A model generated the notes under the pieces. That model ran no database searches and was not told where the DNA came from. It worked only from the letters and a program-made list of their open reading frames with translations. A program made the translations under genes and the position numbers. This document shows positions 18,387-27,877 of a DNA stretch of 64,000 nt, piece after piece; positions within the stretch are counted from its first letter, which is position 1, and every line of letters starts with the position of its first letter. The stretch covers positions 2,243-66,242 of the forward strand of contig JBMNRA010000003.1 of the NCBI GenBank assembly GCA_050944415.1, written 5' to 3'. This DNA comes from Ruminococcus sp. GTDB taxonomy: Bacteria; Bacillota; Clostridia; Lachnospirales; Lachnospiraceae.

Positions 18387-18422
18387 ATTATATCAATTGG
18401 GATTATCCGTCAGAACTGACGG
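18387..18422 (-). promoter_or_regulatory. Tad operon promoter with overlapping palindromic operator
   Basis: Extended -10 TGaTATAAT (18387-18395) and perfect IR CCGTCAG-AA-CTGACGG (18407-18422) over the -35 position. Confidence 0.5.
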
Positions 18423-18554
18423 CTTTTAGAAGCTTGCATTTATTAAACCACAGAATTTTCCTTTTGTCCAGTGTTTTTTTCGTGCGTTTCAAAATGTCAG
18501 CATTGAAGTTTTTCTCTCAGGGTAGTACAATGCTAACGTCAGGAGGTTTGAAAA

Positions 18555-19031
18555 ATGGCAAAAGAAGCAAAAACCAATGTAATGCGGATACTGGACAAAA
18601 ACAAAATTCCCTATCAGGCTATCTATTACCAATGCGATGAATTCATTGACGGACTCCACACCGCCCAGCTGACCGGCGCTCCTGTGGAACAGTCCTTCAA
18701 AACTCTGGTAGCCCGCGGAAAAAGCGGCCAGTATTACGTTTATGTAATCCCTATCGCTCGGGAAGTGGATCTGAAACTGGCTGCAAAGGCTGCCGGTGAA
18801 AAATCCGTGGAAATGATTCACGTAAAAGAAATCAACAGTGTTACCGGTTATATCCGCGGCGGCTGCAGTCCGGTGGGAATGAAAAAACAATTTCCCACTT
18901 TCATTGATGACAGCGCGCAGCATTTTGAAACCATATACATCAGCGGCGGTAAAATAGGCGTTTCCATCTGTCTTTCCCCACTATCATTATGTCAACTTGT
19001 CCATGGAACATTTGTCTCTATTTGTGCCTAG
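18555..19031 (+). CDS. ybaK: Cys-tRNA(Pro) deacylase
   Basis: KTNVMRIL, FKTLV, TGYIRGGCSPVG, ISGGKIG. Confidence 0.9.
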   Translation: MAKEAKTNVMRILDKNKIPYQAIYYQCDEFIDGLHTAQLTGAPVEQSFKTLVARGKSGQYYVYVIPIAREVDLKLAAKAAGEKSVEMIHVKEINSVTGYIRGGCSPVGMKKQFPTFIDDSAQHFETIYISGGKIGVSICLSPLSLCQLVHGTFVSICA

Positions 19032-19125
19032 TATTGAAAATATATATTATTTTCAGTTTTTTTATTTTATATATTTTTTTATTCAGTTTAAATGAATATT
19101 TTTTTATTATTTTTATTTTTTACTA

Positions 19126-19154
19126 TTGACTTTTTCTTTGTTATCAGATATAAT
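19126..19154 (+). promoter_or_regulatory. Consensus sigma-A promoter
   Basis: TTGACT (19126-31), 17-nt spacer, TATAAT (19149-54); AT-rich upstream tract. Confidence 0.8.
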
Positions 19155-19160
19155 AACATT

Positions 19161-19364
19161 ATCAAAAGAAACAAATATTAAGATAAGGAGGACGGACCAC
19201 CGAAAACTTAACGATTTACCCCAAAATTTTATGAAAGGAAGGTACAGACCACCAAAAACTTAAGTTAAAACCCAAGAAAAAAATTTATGATTTGAGGTAC
19301 ATTCCAATGGACAACGAAATTTAAAAGGAACTATCAGAAGTGGTTAATCTGATAGTTCCTTTTT
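19161..19364 (+). ncRNA. Candidate ~200-nt small RNA with internal degenerate direct repeats
   Basis: Bounded by consensus promoter and strong terminator; no ORF over 10 codons; repeat units 19185-19234 and 19235-19290. Confidence 0.5.
19323..19364. terminator. Bidirectional intrinsic terminator
   Basis: Perfect 15-bp IR AAAAGGAACTATCAG / CTGATAGTTCCTTTT. Confidence 0.85.
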
Positions 19365-19370
19365 CGTTGT

Positions 19371-20147
19371 CTAAACATGAAGTTTTTTCAGTTCTTCTTT
19401 CCTTCTGTGTTTTCGGTACAGACTGGCCGTTTTGTTGTACAGATAAAAGGATTGAACCAGAATCTGATGCCACTTTCCCATCTTGTCTTTCGTCGTTTTC
19501 GTATAAGGCGTCCCTCCGCAGGTAACTTCTCCGCCGCTTTGAATATATCGGATCAGATCTGATTCTCTGCGAATCTCTTTAGGCAGCTCTGTATATGCTG
19601 TTCCAATGCAGTCATAGCGATGGGAATCGCTTCCCCCGAAACCAGGTTTCATAAACCGTTCCGCCAGCATTCTTGCAGACTCGTTACTCTGGTCGGATTC
19701 ACAGGCATTAAAGGTTTCGATAAAATCAAATTTTCGGAAGATGGCATCTTTATTTCTTTTCTTCTTTGTATTGGCAATACCCAGGTAACGTTCACCGCAG
19801 GGATGAGCGGGACCAAGAATACCCCCGTTTTTATGAACCACATCAATCAGTATCTTAATGGGCAGTCCTCTCAGCTCCAGTACACGGATTTTTACGCCTT
19901 CCGGCATAATCACCAGAATATGTCCCGCATCAATCGTATCATATTCAATTCCTTTCAATACAATGAAGTCTTTATGGCGCTCCCCTTTTATATGATTTTT
20001 CCATTCCCGGTATCCATTATAAGTGTTGTGATCGGAAACCAGCATCCCCTTAAACCCCAGCTCCTTGAGCCGGATAATATAATCTTCAATGGGGACTTTC
20101 CCATCCATGGAACCTTCCTTTGTATGGCAGTGCATATCAAATTTCAT
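19371..20147 (-). CDS. PHP-domain phosphoesterase
   Basis: DMHCHT, SDHN, GIEY, AHP, GGSDSH. Confidence 0.88.
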   Translation of the reverse strand: MKFDMHCHTKEGSMDGKVPIEDYIIRLKELGFKGMLVSDHNTYNGYREWKNHIKGERHKDFIVLKGIEYDTIDAGHILVIMPEGVKIRVLELRGLPIKILIDVVHKNGGILGPAHPCGERYLGIANTKKKRNKDAIFRKFDFIETFNACESDQSNESARMLAERFMKPGFGGSDSHRYDCIGTAYTELPKEIRRESDLIRYIQSGGEVTCGGTPYTKTTKDKMGKWHQILVQSFYLYNKTASLYRKHRRKEELKKLHV

Positions 20148-20199
20148 TTTTTCTCACCACATTTCTCTTTTCCGTCAGCATAAACCAGTTTTCAGTATT

Positions 20200-20637
20200 C
20201 TATTCACACAGTTTCGCAACAACCTGGTTAATAACCTTACCGTCCGCCTTTCCTTTCAGTTCTCCCATAACTGTTTTCATAATCTGTCCTTTGTTCTTTG
20301 TGGCAAGAAGATCAGCAAATTTCTCTTGAAGAACGGCTTCTATCTCCTCCGCCGTAAGAAGTTTGGGGGCATATTCCTGAATAATGTCATAACGTGCCTG
20401 ATATTCTTCTTTCAGATCCTGTCTCTGGTCAGGGCAGGTATCCACCTGTTCTTTTACTGTTTTCATCTCTTTTAAAATTACCCGGTCTACCAGATCCTCC
20501 GGAATATCATCACGGCATCCTTCGTCAATAGCCGCCTTTTTCACTGCAGATATCAATGATGAAACTGCATCTTTACGTACCTTGTCTCGGGCTTTCATAG
20601 CCGCCACCATATCTTTTCTCAATGTTTCCAGCTGCAT
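20200..20637 (-). CDS. GatB/YqeY domain protein
   Basis: AAMKARDK...YAPKLL...KGKADGK. Confidence 0.88.
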   Translation of the reverse strand: MQLETLRKDMVAAMKARDKVRKDAVSSLISAVKKAAIDEGCRDDIPEDLVDRVILKEMKTVKEQVDTCPDQRQDLKEEYQARYDIIQEYAPKLLTAEEIEAVLQEKFADLLATKNKGQIMKTVMGELKGKADGKVINQVVAKLCE

Positions 20638-20657
20638 CTCTTTCCTCCTGTTGCTTT

Positions 20658-21527
20658 CTATAATCCTCTGACTCTCTCCGGCCGGTATTTTCCCGCCTTT
20701 TCCACTTCATCCAGCTGATGAAGCATATTGTCAATATCCTTGTTCAGATCTCCTTTCAAAATTACGTAATTAGACGCGTGATTTGCCCGGAATACGGTTC
20801 CTTCAGAATCCACGTTAGTCAGAAACAGGCGCATCTCCTCCACCACTTCTTCCGGTGTAAGAAGTTCCATCTCTCCCGCTGTTATCTGCCGGTAAATCTC
20901 TGTAGATTCATCCAGCATTAAAGTAAGAAAGCCCACGTAATCCGGTTTAATATCGCTGATCAGCCTGGCGGATTCCACTGCATGCTCTTTTTTTCTTTCC
21001 CTTCCTCCCAGTCCGGAAATTAAGGTGATCGATGATTTTATCCCACATCTGCGCAGTTTCTGTCCTGCTTCGATAATTTCCTCCCGGGTAACTCCTTTGT
21101 TGATTCTTTCCAGTGTAACGGCATCTCCTGATTCTGCTCCCATATAAACCATGTCCAATCCGGCGGTCGCCAGAGCTCTCAGCTCTTCTTCTGATTTTCT
21201 GAGAATGTCTCCGGGTGTCCCGTAAGAAGTTACACGCTCCGCGGAGGGGAAACGTTCCCGGATAAAATTCAGGATATCCAGAAGATCCGGCGTTTTGACA
21301 ATCAGCGCGTCTCCATCTGCAAGAAAGATCCGGCGGATACGGTCTCCATAAGTATCATAAGCCATCTGGAAATCCTCCAGAACCTCCTCCTTTTTCCGTA
21401 TTCTGAATTTTTTATCTTTGTACATGGTACAGAAGGTGCACTTATTATGGGCGCATCCTATAGTCACCTGCACAATCAGGCTTCTGGCCTCACTGGGCGG
21501 CCTGTATACTAATCCTTCATATCTCAA
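20658..21527 (-). CDS. Radical SAM protein
   Basis: CAHNKCTFC (CxxxCxxC); YRPPSEA N-terminus; GAESG. Confidence 0.88.
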   Translation of the reverse strand: MRYEGLVYRPPSEARSLIVQVTIGCAHNKCTFCTMYKDKKFRIRKKEEVLEDFQMAYDTYGDRIRRIFLADGDALIVKTPDLLDILNFIRERFPSAERVTSYGTPGDILRKSEEELRALATAGLDMVYMGAESGDAVTLERINKGVTREEIIEAGQKLRRCGIKSSITLISGLGGRERKKEHAVESARLISDIKPDYVGFLTLMLDESTEIYRQITAGEMELLTPEEVVEEMRLFLTNVDSEGTVFRANHASNYVILKGDLNKDIDNMLHQLDEVEKAGKYRPERVRGL

Positions 21528-21747
21528 TTTTTTTACCTCTTTTCCCTGTTATGTCTTTATTATAGCACAATCTTCAGCCTCTTCAAACACCATTCCTCCG
21601 ATTCAATATTTAAATATTTTTTTATTCTTCGATTTTTAAAATAATATTGTTCCAAAAAGAATGTTTGCATGCTATAAATTTTAACAAAACAATAATATTA
21701 TAAATATGTTTCACAAGAAAAACATGTTATTGGAGGGTTATAGCAAA

Positions 21748-22776
21748 ATGAATATGTATAAATGGATTGACAGACTCATCTATCAGGAAGACAAGAAGGC
21801 TTTTCCATTACTTTCCTTCCCATCCGTTCAATTATTGTATGTTACCGTGAAAGAACTGGTTACCGACAGCAACTATCAGGCACTCGGCATGAAAATGCTG
21901 GCTGACAAATATCAGATGCCGGGAGTTGCCAGCTTTATGGATCTTTCCGTGGAAGCTGAAGCCTTTGGCGCCCGTGCCGTATATGCCGCCGATGAAGTGC
22001 CCACTATCATCGGAAAAATCGTTGAAACGGAAGAAGACGCTGACGCGCTGGAAATTCCAGAAGTTGGCGAGGGACGAACAGGCATTTATATCGAAGGAGT
22101 AAGAAAGGCTTTAAAACTGATCACTGACCGACCTGTTTTTGCCGGCTGTACCGGTCCTTTTTCTCTTGCCGGCCGTCTGGCGGACATCAATGAAATTATG
22201 CCTCTTTGCTACGAGGAACCGGATATGGTACATAAACTTCTCAGAAAAGCTACTGATTTTCTGATTAATTATATTAACGCGTACAAGGAAGTGGGCGCTC
22301 ATGGAATCATCATGGCAGAACCCCTGGCTGGAATTCTTTCTCCTCAGCTGATTCAGGAGTTCTCCACAGAGTACGTAAAAGAAATCGTCAATGCCACCCA
22401 GGAACAGGGCTTTATCATTATTTACCATAACTGCGGTAATTATGCCCTGCAGCTGATTGACAGCATTATTGATACGGGATGCCGCGTATTCCACTTCGGA
22501 GATGCTGTTCATATGAAAGACATGCTGGAACACATTCCGGCAGACTGCGTGGCCATGGGAAATATCAGTCCTTCTCAGCAGTTCCGCAATGGAACCCCTC
22601 AGTCTGTCCGGATTGAAACCGTTCGCCTTCTGGAAGAATGTAAGGATTACCGCAATTTTGTCATTTCCTCCGGATGTGATATACCGCCGCTGACGGAATT
22701 TGATAATATTGATGCATTTTTTAATACTGTGGAATCCTTCTATTACAAACAAAGGCTTCTGGATATTATTATGTAA
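21748..22776 (+). CDS. Uroporphyrinogen decarboxylase-family protein, MtaA/CmuA-like methylcobalamin:acceptor methyltransferase
   Basis: MDLSVEAEAFG, TGPFSLA, HNCG, GNISP, SSGCDIPP; SD GGAGG before ATG 21748. Confidence 0.8.
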   Translation: MNMYKWIDRLIYQEDKKAFPLLSFPSVQLLYVTVKELVTDSNYQALGMKMLADKYQMPGVASFMDLSVEAEAFGARAVYAADEVPTIIGKIVETEEDADALEIPEVGEGRTGIYIEGVRKALKLITDRPVFAGCTGPFSLAGRLADINEIMPLCYEEPDMVHKLLRKATDFLINYINAYKEVGAHGIIMAEPLAGILSPQLIQEFSTEYVKEIVNATQEQGFIIIYHNCGNYALQLIDSIIDTGCRVFHFGDAVHMKDMLEHIPADCVAMGNISPSQQFRNGTPQSVRIETVRLLEECKDYRNFVISSGCDIPPLTEFDNIDAFFNTVESFYYKQRLLDIIM

Positions 22777-22948
22777 ACTTTTCTTAAGGCCATTGAGGTC
22801 ATAATTCCTCCAGGGCAGCCGCTTAACTGTCGGCTGTCCTCTTTTTATCAAAAAATTTTTATAAAACCTTTGCTCTTTCTCTTATCTTATGATATGTTTA
22901 TACTATATTCTAACATAATTATAAAAACAGAAAGAACGTGCAAAGTAT

Positions 22949-24172
22949 ATGGATTCAATTTTAATTAAACAGGCGCAAAAATATTGCCGGCATTTCGAAA
23001 CGTTGTTTGATATTCACTGTATACCGGTAGACTGCACCAATAACAAACTTTATCTGGAGCAGGATGTGACAACCAAACTCTGTAAAACCTGCGAAAAATA
23101 TCTTTCATCCAAATGTTACGGAATCAATGCCTTCATCCACGGCTGTCAGGAAGCTTACCGCTGGGACGGCATGTATATCTATTTCTGCAATTTGGGTCTG
23201 GTTCTTGTAGCCACATTTATTTCCGATGAAAAAGGAAACCTGGCCGGCGGCATTGTGGCCGGTCCTCTCTGTATGGGAAATATGGATGATTATCTGTCAG
23301 AGATCCCTCATTCGGATCTGAGAAAGGTGGTGGCATCTATGCCCTGTTACCCACCGGAAAAAATCCAGAGTCTGGCAGAGGTAATGTCTGCCATTACCTC
23401 TTATATCTCCGGTATTTCCCATGGAAGAGCCGGCCGTTATTTTTACAGCCAGGAATCTCTGCTGAATAATATTTATGCAGAAAAAATCAAAAGTTTCAGT
23501 GAAAACGATTATTATACGTACCCCATCACCCAGGAACGGCGGCTCCGTTCCGCCATCCGCAACCGCGACAAAGAAGAAGCGGAAAACGTACTGAATCAGA
23601 TTCTGGCCTATATTTACGTGGCGAATAATTCGAACCTGGAAGCCATTAAACCCCGTATTACGGAATTGATGATCGTGATCTCCCGGACTGCCCTGGATGC
23701 CGGAGCCGATATGGAAAAGGTAGATCTAATCACCCAAAATTCCCTGAAACATATTGATACGTTTAAGACCATCGAAGATCTCAGTGCCTGGGTCTCCAAT
23801 GTTATGCACAGTTTTATCTCCACGACTTTCGATTATGACCGCCTGAAACACGCGGAAACCATTCACAAGGTCGACAAATATATCCAGACACATTATCAGA
23901 ACAAGCTGACACTGGACGAAATTGCGTCCAAAACTTACCTGAGCAAAACGTATCTGTGCAGCATTTTCAAAAAAGAAACGGGCGAGACCATCACAAACTA
24001 TATCAATAAGGTCCGGATCGAGAAAAGTAAGCTTCTCTTTTCCGATGAAAAACTCAGCATCGTGCAGATCGCCAATATGTGCGGTTTTGAGGATCAGAGT
24101 TATTTTACAAAAATCTTCAAAAGTTATGTGGGCATGACCCCCAAGAAGTACAGAGAAAGCCGGAAGCGATAG
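22949..24172 (+). CDS. AraC-family regulator with N-terminal PocR-like sensor
   Basis: C-terminal double HTH (LDEIASKTYLSKTY, GFEDQSYFTKIFK); YIYFCNLGL PocR-like segment. Confidence 0.85.
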   Translation: MDSILIKQAQKYCRHFETLFDIHCIPVDCTNNKLYLEQDVTTKLCKTCEKYLSSKCYGINAFIHGCQEAYRWDGMYIYFCNLGLVLVATFISDEKGNLAGGIVAGPLCMGNMDDYLSEIPHSDLRKVVASMPCYPPEKIQSLAEVMSAITSYISGISHGRAGRYFYSQESLLNNIYAEKIKSFSENDYYTYPITQERRLRSAIRNRDKEEAENVLNQILAYIYVANNSNLEAIKPRITELMIVISRTALDAGADMEKVDLITQNSLKHIDTFKTIEDLSAWVSNVMHSFISTTFDYDRLKHAETIHKVDKYIQTHYQNKLTLDEIASKTYLSKTYLCSIFKKETGETITNYINKVRIEKSKLLFSDEKLSIVQIANMCGFEDQSYFTKIFKSYVGMTPKKYRESRKR

Positions 24173-24186
24173 CTTCCGGCCTTTTT
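24156..24186. terminator. Intrinsic terminator between convergent AraC gene and sbcC
   Basis: GCCGGAAGC-GATA-GCTTCCGGC plus T run. Confidence 0.7.
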
Positions 24187-24195
24187 ATGATCCTT

Positions 24196-26679
24196 TCACA
24201 GCTCCCAGTGAACCTGGCTCCCTTTTTCTGTCCGGGTAACCACCAGCTTCCGGTCAATCTGTTCTTTCAGTTCTTCCACATGTGAAATAATCCCCACCAG
24301 ACGGCTGGAGCCGGCCAGTTCATTTAAAATCCGCACTGCTCTTTCCCGGGCGTCCTCATCCAGGGAACCAAATCCTTCATCGATAAACATGGTATCCATC
24401 CTGACGGCGCCTGCCGTACTGCTGATCACATCGGACATACCCAGCGCCATGGATAAAGCAGCCAGAAAAGATTCCCCTCCTGACAAAGTTTTCACATCCC
24501 GCACGCTGTCTGTTACCGGACTGTAAACATCCAGATCCAGTCCGCCCTGCCCCTGGGTGGAAAGTTTTTCTACCTCACGCAGACGCAGCATCAGCTGACC
24601 GGAGGTCATTTTCACAAAACGCTGATTGGCGCATCCTATGACATAGCCGAAGAACCGTCTCTGTATATACGTTTCAAAATCCATCTTTACACTCTGGCTC
24701 AAAGTTCCGTTGGCCGTTCTGGAAAGGGTCAGCAGAACTTCATACTCCCTCTGTTTTATCTTACGCTCTTTTTCCAGCTGTTCCAGCCGCGCCATTACCT
24801 CGATGTTTTTCTTATTCTGCGCAAACAGGCGATGGCTTTCCTGTTCCAGCGTCTGTCTCTCCTTTTTATACCGGCGGATACGTTCTTCCATCTCTCCTGT
24901 GTCCATCCGCTCTTTTCCTTTGATCATTTCGCTGCATCGTCTGTAGTTTTCATCTGCCCTGATACATTCTTCATAGTAACTTTCAAGCTTTTTCTTCCAG
25001 TTCTCTGCCTGATCTCTGGTCTTTTTTATCTTCTCATACTCTTCCCTGGATATGCAGGATTCCAAAAGAGCCTGCCGGAAATTTTCCTCTTCCTTTTTTG
25101 TTTTTTCCATCTCCCCGGCCTCCTGGCCTTTCAACTGCTCCAGCCGTCCTTCCCTTCGGCCGATCTCCTGCATACATTTTTGATACTGAAGAGTACATTT
25201 ATCCTCTGCTTCCCGCAATGAATTCCGTATATTTTCCTCTTTTTTTCTGGCCGTTTCCATGGCCGCTTTCAGACGTTCCACCTGCTGCTGACTGACTGCG
25301 TCCCGGGGCAGCGGCGCCTTATGCGGATGATGTACGGAACCGCAGACCGGGCAGGGATTTCCTTCCTGCAGATCCGCCGCCAGAAGTCCTGCCTGAGCCT
25401 GGAAAAAAGCGTGATAGCCGTTCTCATAATCTTTTTCTTTCTCCCTTACCACATTCTCCTCTTTCAGCTTTTCTTTCTGAAGGCGGGTACGTTCTCTGGA
25501 CAGCTTCATCAGTTCCCGAACCCGTGTTTTCATCATCCCCTCCGGAATATCTCTCATCTCTTCGGCCAGTTCATCCAAAGAACGCCGGTAAGTTTCCAGC
25601 AGCTTTTTTTCAGCGGCAGTCTCTCTCTCTTCCCGGACTCTTGTTTCTTTTATCTGCCGGTAAAGTTCCTTCTGCTTCTCCATATGGCGTTCTTTCTCTT
25701 CTACAGTCAGTGCCTTCTGAAGTGCTTCCAACTGACTTTGCAGGCTTCTTACAGACGGCTCCTGTTTTTTCAGTTCTTCCCGGCATATTTCCGCTTTTTC
25801 AAACTGTCTGAACAGGCTGTTGACAGAATCCGCCGCTTCCAGAAAACGTTGGAGTTCGTCCAGCTGTTTTTGATTCTCCGCAAGCTGCGTTTGCACCTTT
25901 TCTTCTTCTTTCCTGCCCTGTCCGCACATTTTCTTCAGATGCTGCAGTACCTGAGCAGAATCCGGATGTTCCAGGCCAGCTGACTCCTCTTGCCAGCGCT
26001 CTCTGTCATCATAATTTTGCGGGCAGTCTACATGATCAATCTCCCGCAGAAAAGCTTTCTGATAATCTTCCAGTTTTTCCTTTCCCTTTCTGGTTCTTTC
26101 CTTCAGGTTTTCCTGTATCCGGGAATAAATAGATGTATCAAAAATCCGTCCGAAAATCTGCTTGCGCTCCTGGGAAGGAGCATGGAGAAGTTTCAGAAAG
26201 TCACCCTGAGCAATCATTGTAATCTGAGTAAACTGCTGTACATCCAGACCCAGAATTTCTACGATTTTCCGGTTAATTTCCGTTTTATTTCCCGGCCATT
26301 CACTGCCGTCAGGCATAGTCAGAGACACCTGCGCCCGCTCCATTGTAAAATCATCTCCGCCGCTGCTTTTTCTTTTCTTTTTTCTTCTGTATTCAGGATT
26401 TCTGCGCACCGTATATTGTTCCCGTCGGTAGGAAAAGGTAAATTCCACAAAGGTTTTCGTATCTGTATCTGCGTACTGGCTGCGCATCATGGAACCGTCC
26501 CGTTTCATCCCGCTGGTGCGGTCATACAAGGCATAAGTAATGGCATCAAAAATGGTTGTTTTGCCTGCCCCCGTATCCCCCGTGATCAGAAAGATTCCAT
26601 GCTGTACTCCGGAAAAATCCACAGTCACTTCCCCGGCATAAGATCCGAATGCGGAAATCACCAGTTTCAGCGGCTTCAT
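24196..26679 (-). CDS. sbcC: SbcC SMC-like nuclease ATPase subunit
   Basis: Walker A GDTGAGKT, CPVC zinc hook, LSGGE signature, FIDEGFGSLD, ISH. Confidence 0.93.
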   Translation of the reverse strand: MKPLKLVISAFGSYAGEVTVDFSGVQHGIFLITGDTGAGKTTIFDAITYALYDRTSGMKRDGSMMRSQYADTDTKTFVEFTFSYRREQYTVRRNPEYRRKKKRKSSGGDDFTMERAQVSLTMPDGSEWPGNKTEINRKIVEILGLDVQQFTQITMIAQGDFLKLLHAPSQERKQIFGRIFDTSIYSRIQENLKERTRKGKEKLEDYQKAFLREIDHVDCPQNYDDRERWQEESAGLEHPDSAQVLQHLKKMCGQGRKEEEKVQTQLAENQKQLDELQRFLEAADSVNSLFRQFEKAEICREELKKQEPSVRSLQSQLEALQKALTVEEKERHMEKQKELYRQIKETRVREERETAAEKKLLETYRRSLDELAEEMRDIPEGMMKTRVRELMKLSRERTRLQKEKLKEENVVREKEKDYENGYHAFFQAQAGLLAADLQEGNPCPVCGSVHHPHKAPLPRDAVSQQQVERLKAAMETARKKEENIRNSLREAEDKCTLQYQKCMQEIGRREGRLEQLKGQEAGEMEKTKKEEENFRQALLESCISREEYEKIKKTRDQAENWKKKLESYYEECIRADENYRRCSEMIKGKERMDTGEMEERIRRYKKERQTLEQESHRLFAQNKKNIEVMARLEQLEKERKIKQREYEVLLTLSRTANGTLSQSVKMDFETYIQRRFFGYVIGCANQRFVKMTSGQLMLRLREVEKLSTQGQGGLDLDVYSPVTDSVRDVKTLSGGESFLAALSMALGMSDVISSTAGAVRMDTMFIDEGFGSLDEDARERAVRILNELAGSSRLVGIISHVEELKEQIDRKLVVTRTEKGSQVHWEL

Positions 26680-27827
26680 ATTTCTCCCTCCCCGGCTTCT
26701 TTTATCACATCACACATCACTTTTCTCTCTTCCTCTGTCATATCCCGCCCCTGCATTTCCTGAAAAAACTGCCGGAATGCTGTCATGGGATCCTCTTCCC
26801 ACAGAATTTCCTCCCCTTGATGAAGCATCCTTCTGGTTCTGCTGTTTTCTATCTTTACTTCCAGCAGATTGGGAAAATACTCTTCCAGAATATCCCTGGG
26901 CCGATACAATTCCTTTTCATCTGTCAGCGTCACGCTGATAAAATCGTCGCTTTTCCCCGCCGCCAGAACTTCTTCCAGTGTTCCCTGCCTTTTTGTCACA
27001 TCCCGGTCCGGTTTCAGGGGGAGGGTTTCATATTGAATTCCCTCACCCTTTTCCCCCAGGGTCACCAGCAAAATCCCTTTTTTCTGTTTCCATTCACTGA
27101 CGGAATATTTCATGGGTGATCCGCAGTAACGGATATAAGGTTCGCCCACCTGCTGAGCGCCGTGAATATGACCCAGAGCCGCATAATCAAATCTTCGGAT
27201 CACCTCAATATCCACATTATCCAGACCTCCTACCTGAATAGTCTCCGAATCACTGCGCTGCAAAGGCAGGGTTCCCGCCGTGTAAAACTGATGAGAAATC
27301 AGCACATTCCTCTGCTCCCAGTCAGGAGTTTCCCGTTCCAGCAGCAGCCTTACTGTATCATGGTAACTTTCCATCCTCTCTTCTCCCAGCACCTGCCTCA
27401 CCGCCTGAGGACGAATATAGGGAAGCATGTAAAATGTCACATCGCCGTATTCGTCCGAGAGTGTCAGTTTCTGCAGATAATCCTCTGCTGTCCGGGGAGG
27501 CCGGGCAGCCACATAAATCCGGTGCTCTTTCAACAAAGCACTGGCATACTTCAGACGCATAGATGAATCGTGATTTCCGCTTATTATCAGCACTGGAATC
27601 TGCGGCTTCATCCTGGACAATTCCGTTAAAAACCAGTCAAACAGCAGAACAGCCTCACCTGAAGGCGACGGCTTATCATAAATGTCCCCCGCAATGACAA
27701 TGGCATCCGGCTTTTCCCGGTCAGCCCAGCGAATGATCTGATTCAGCACCTGGCGCTGCAGATCAATAAGAGAATAACCGTGAAGATATCTGCCAATATG
27801 CAGATCAGATAAATGAAAAAAACGCAT
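26676..27827 (-). CDS. sbcD: SbcD nuclease subunit
   Basis: HLSDLHIG, AGDIYD, SGNHDS, ALGHIH, YCGSP. Confidence 0.93.
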   Translation of the reverse strand: MRFFHLSDLHIGRYLHGYSLIDLQRQVLNQIIRWADREKPDAIVIAGDIYDKPSPSGEAVLLFDWFLTELSRMKPQIPVLIISGNHDSSMRLKYASALLKEHRIYVAARPPRTAEDYLQKLTLSDEYGDVTFYMLPYIRPQAVRQVLGEERMESYHDTVRLLLERETPDWEQRNVLISHQFYTAGTLPLQRSDSETIQVGGLDNVDIEVIRRFDYAALGHIHGAQQVGEPYIRYCGSPMKYSVSEWKQKKGILLVTLGEKGEGIQYETLPLKPDRDVTKRQGTLEEVLAAGKSDDFISVTLTDEKELYRPRDILEEYFPNLLEVKIENSRTRRMLHQGEEILWEEDPMTAFRQFFQEMQGRDMTEEERKVMCDVIKEAGEGEI

Positions 27828-27846
27828 AAAGTTCCTCCCGTAACAG

Positions 27847-27877
27847 AAAAAGCCGCCCAGCCTACGGCTGCTGCGGC
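27847..27877 (-). terminator. Terminator overlapping the folK stop
   Basis: Minus strand GCCGC-AGCAGCC-GTA-GGCTG-G-GCGGC then TTTTT. Confidence 0.6.

Noticed and set aside
19185-19324. Direct repeats as a mini CRISPR array
   Set aside because: Units are degenerate, abut without unique spacers, are not palindromic, and no cas genes are in the window
19307-19324. Mini-ORF MDNEI* after GAGGT
   Set aside because: Five codons, no support; kept only as part of the sRNA candidate
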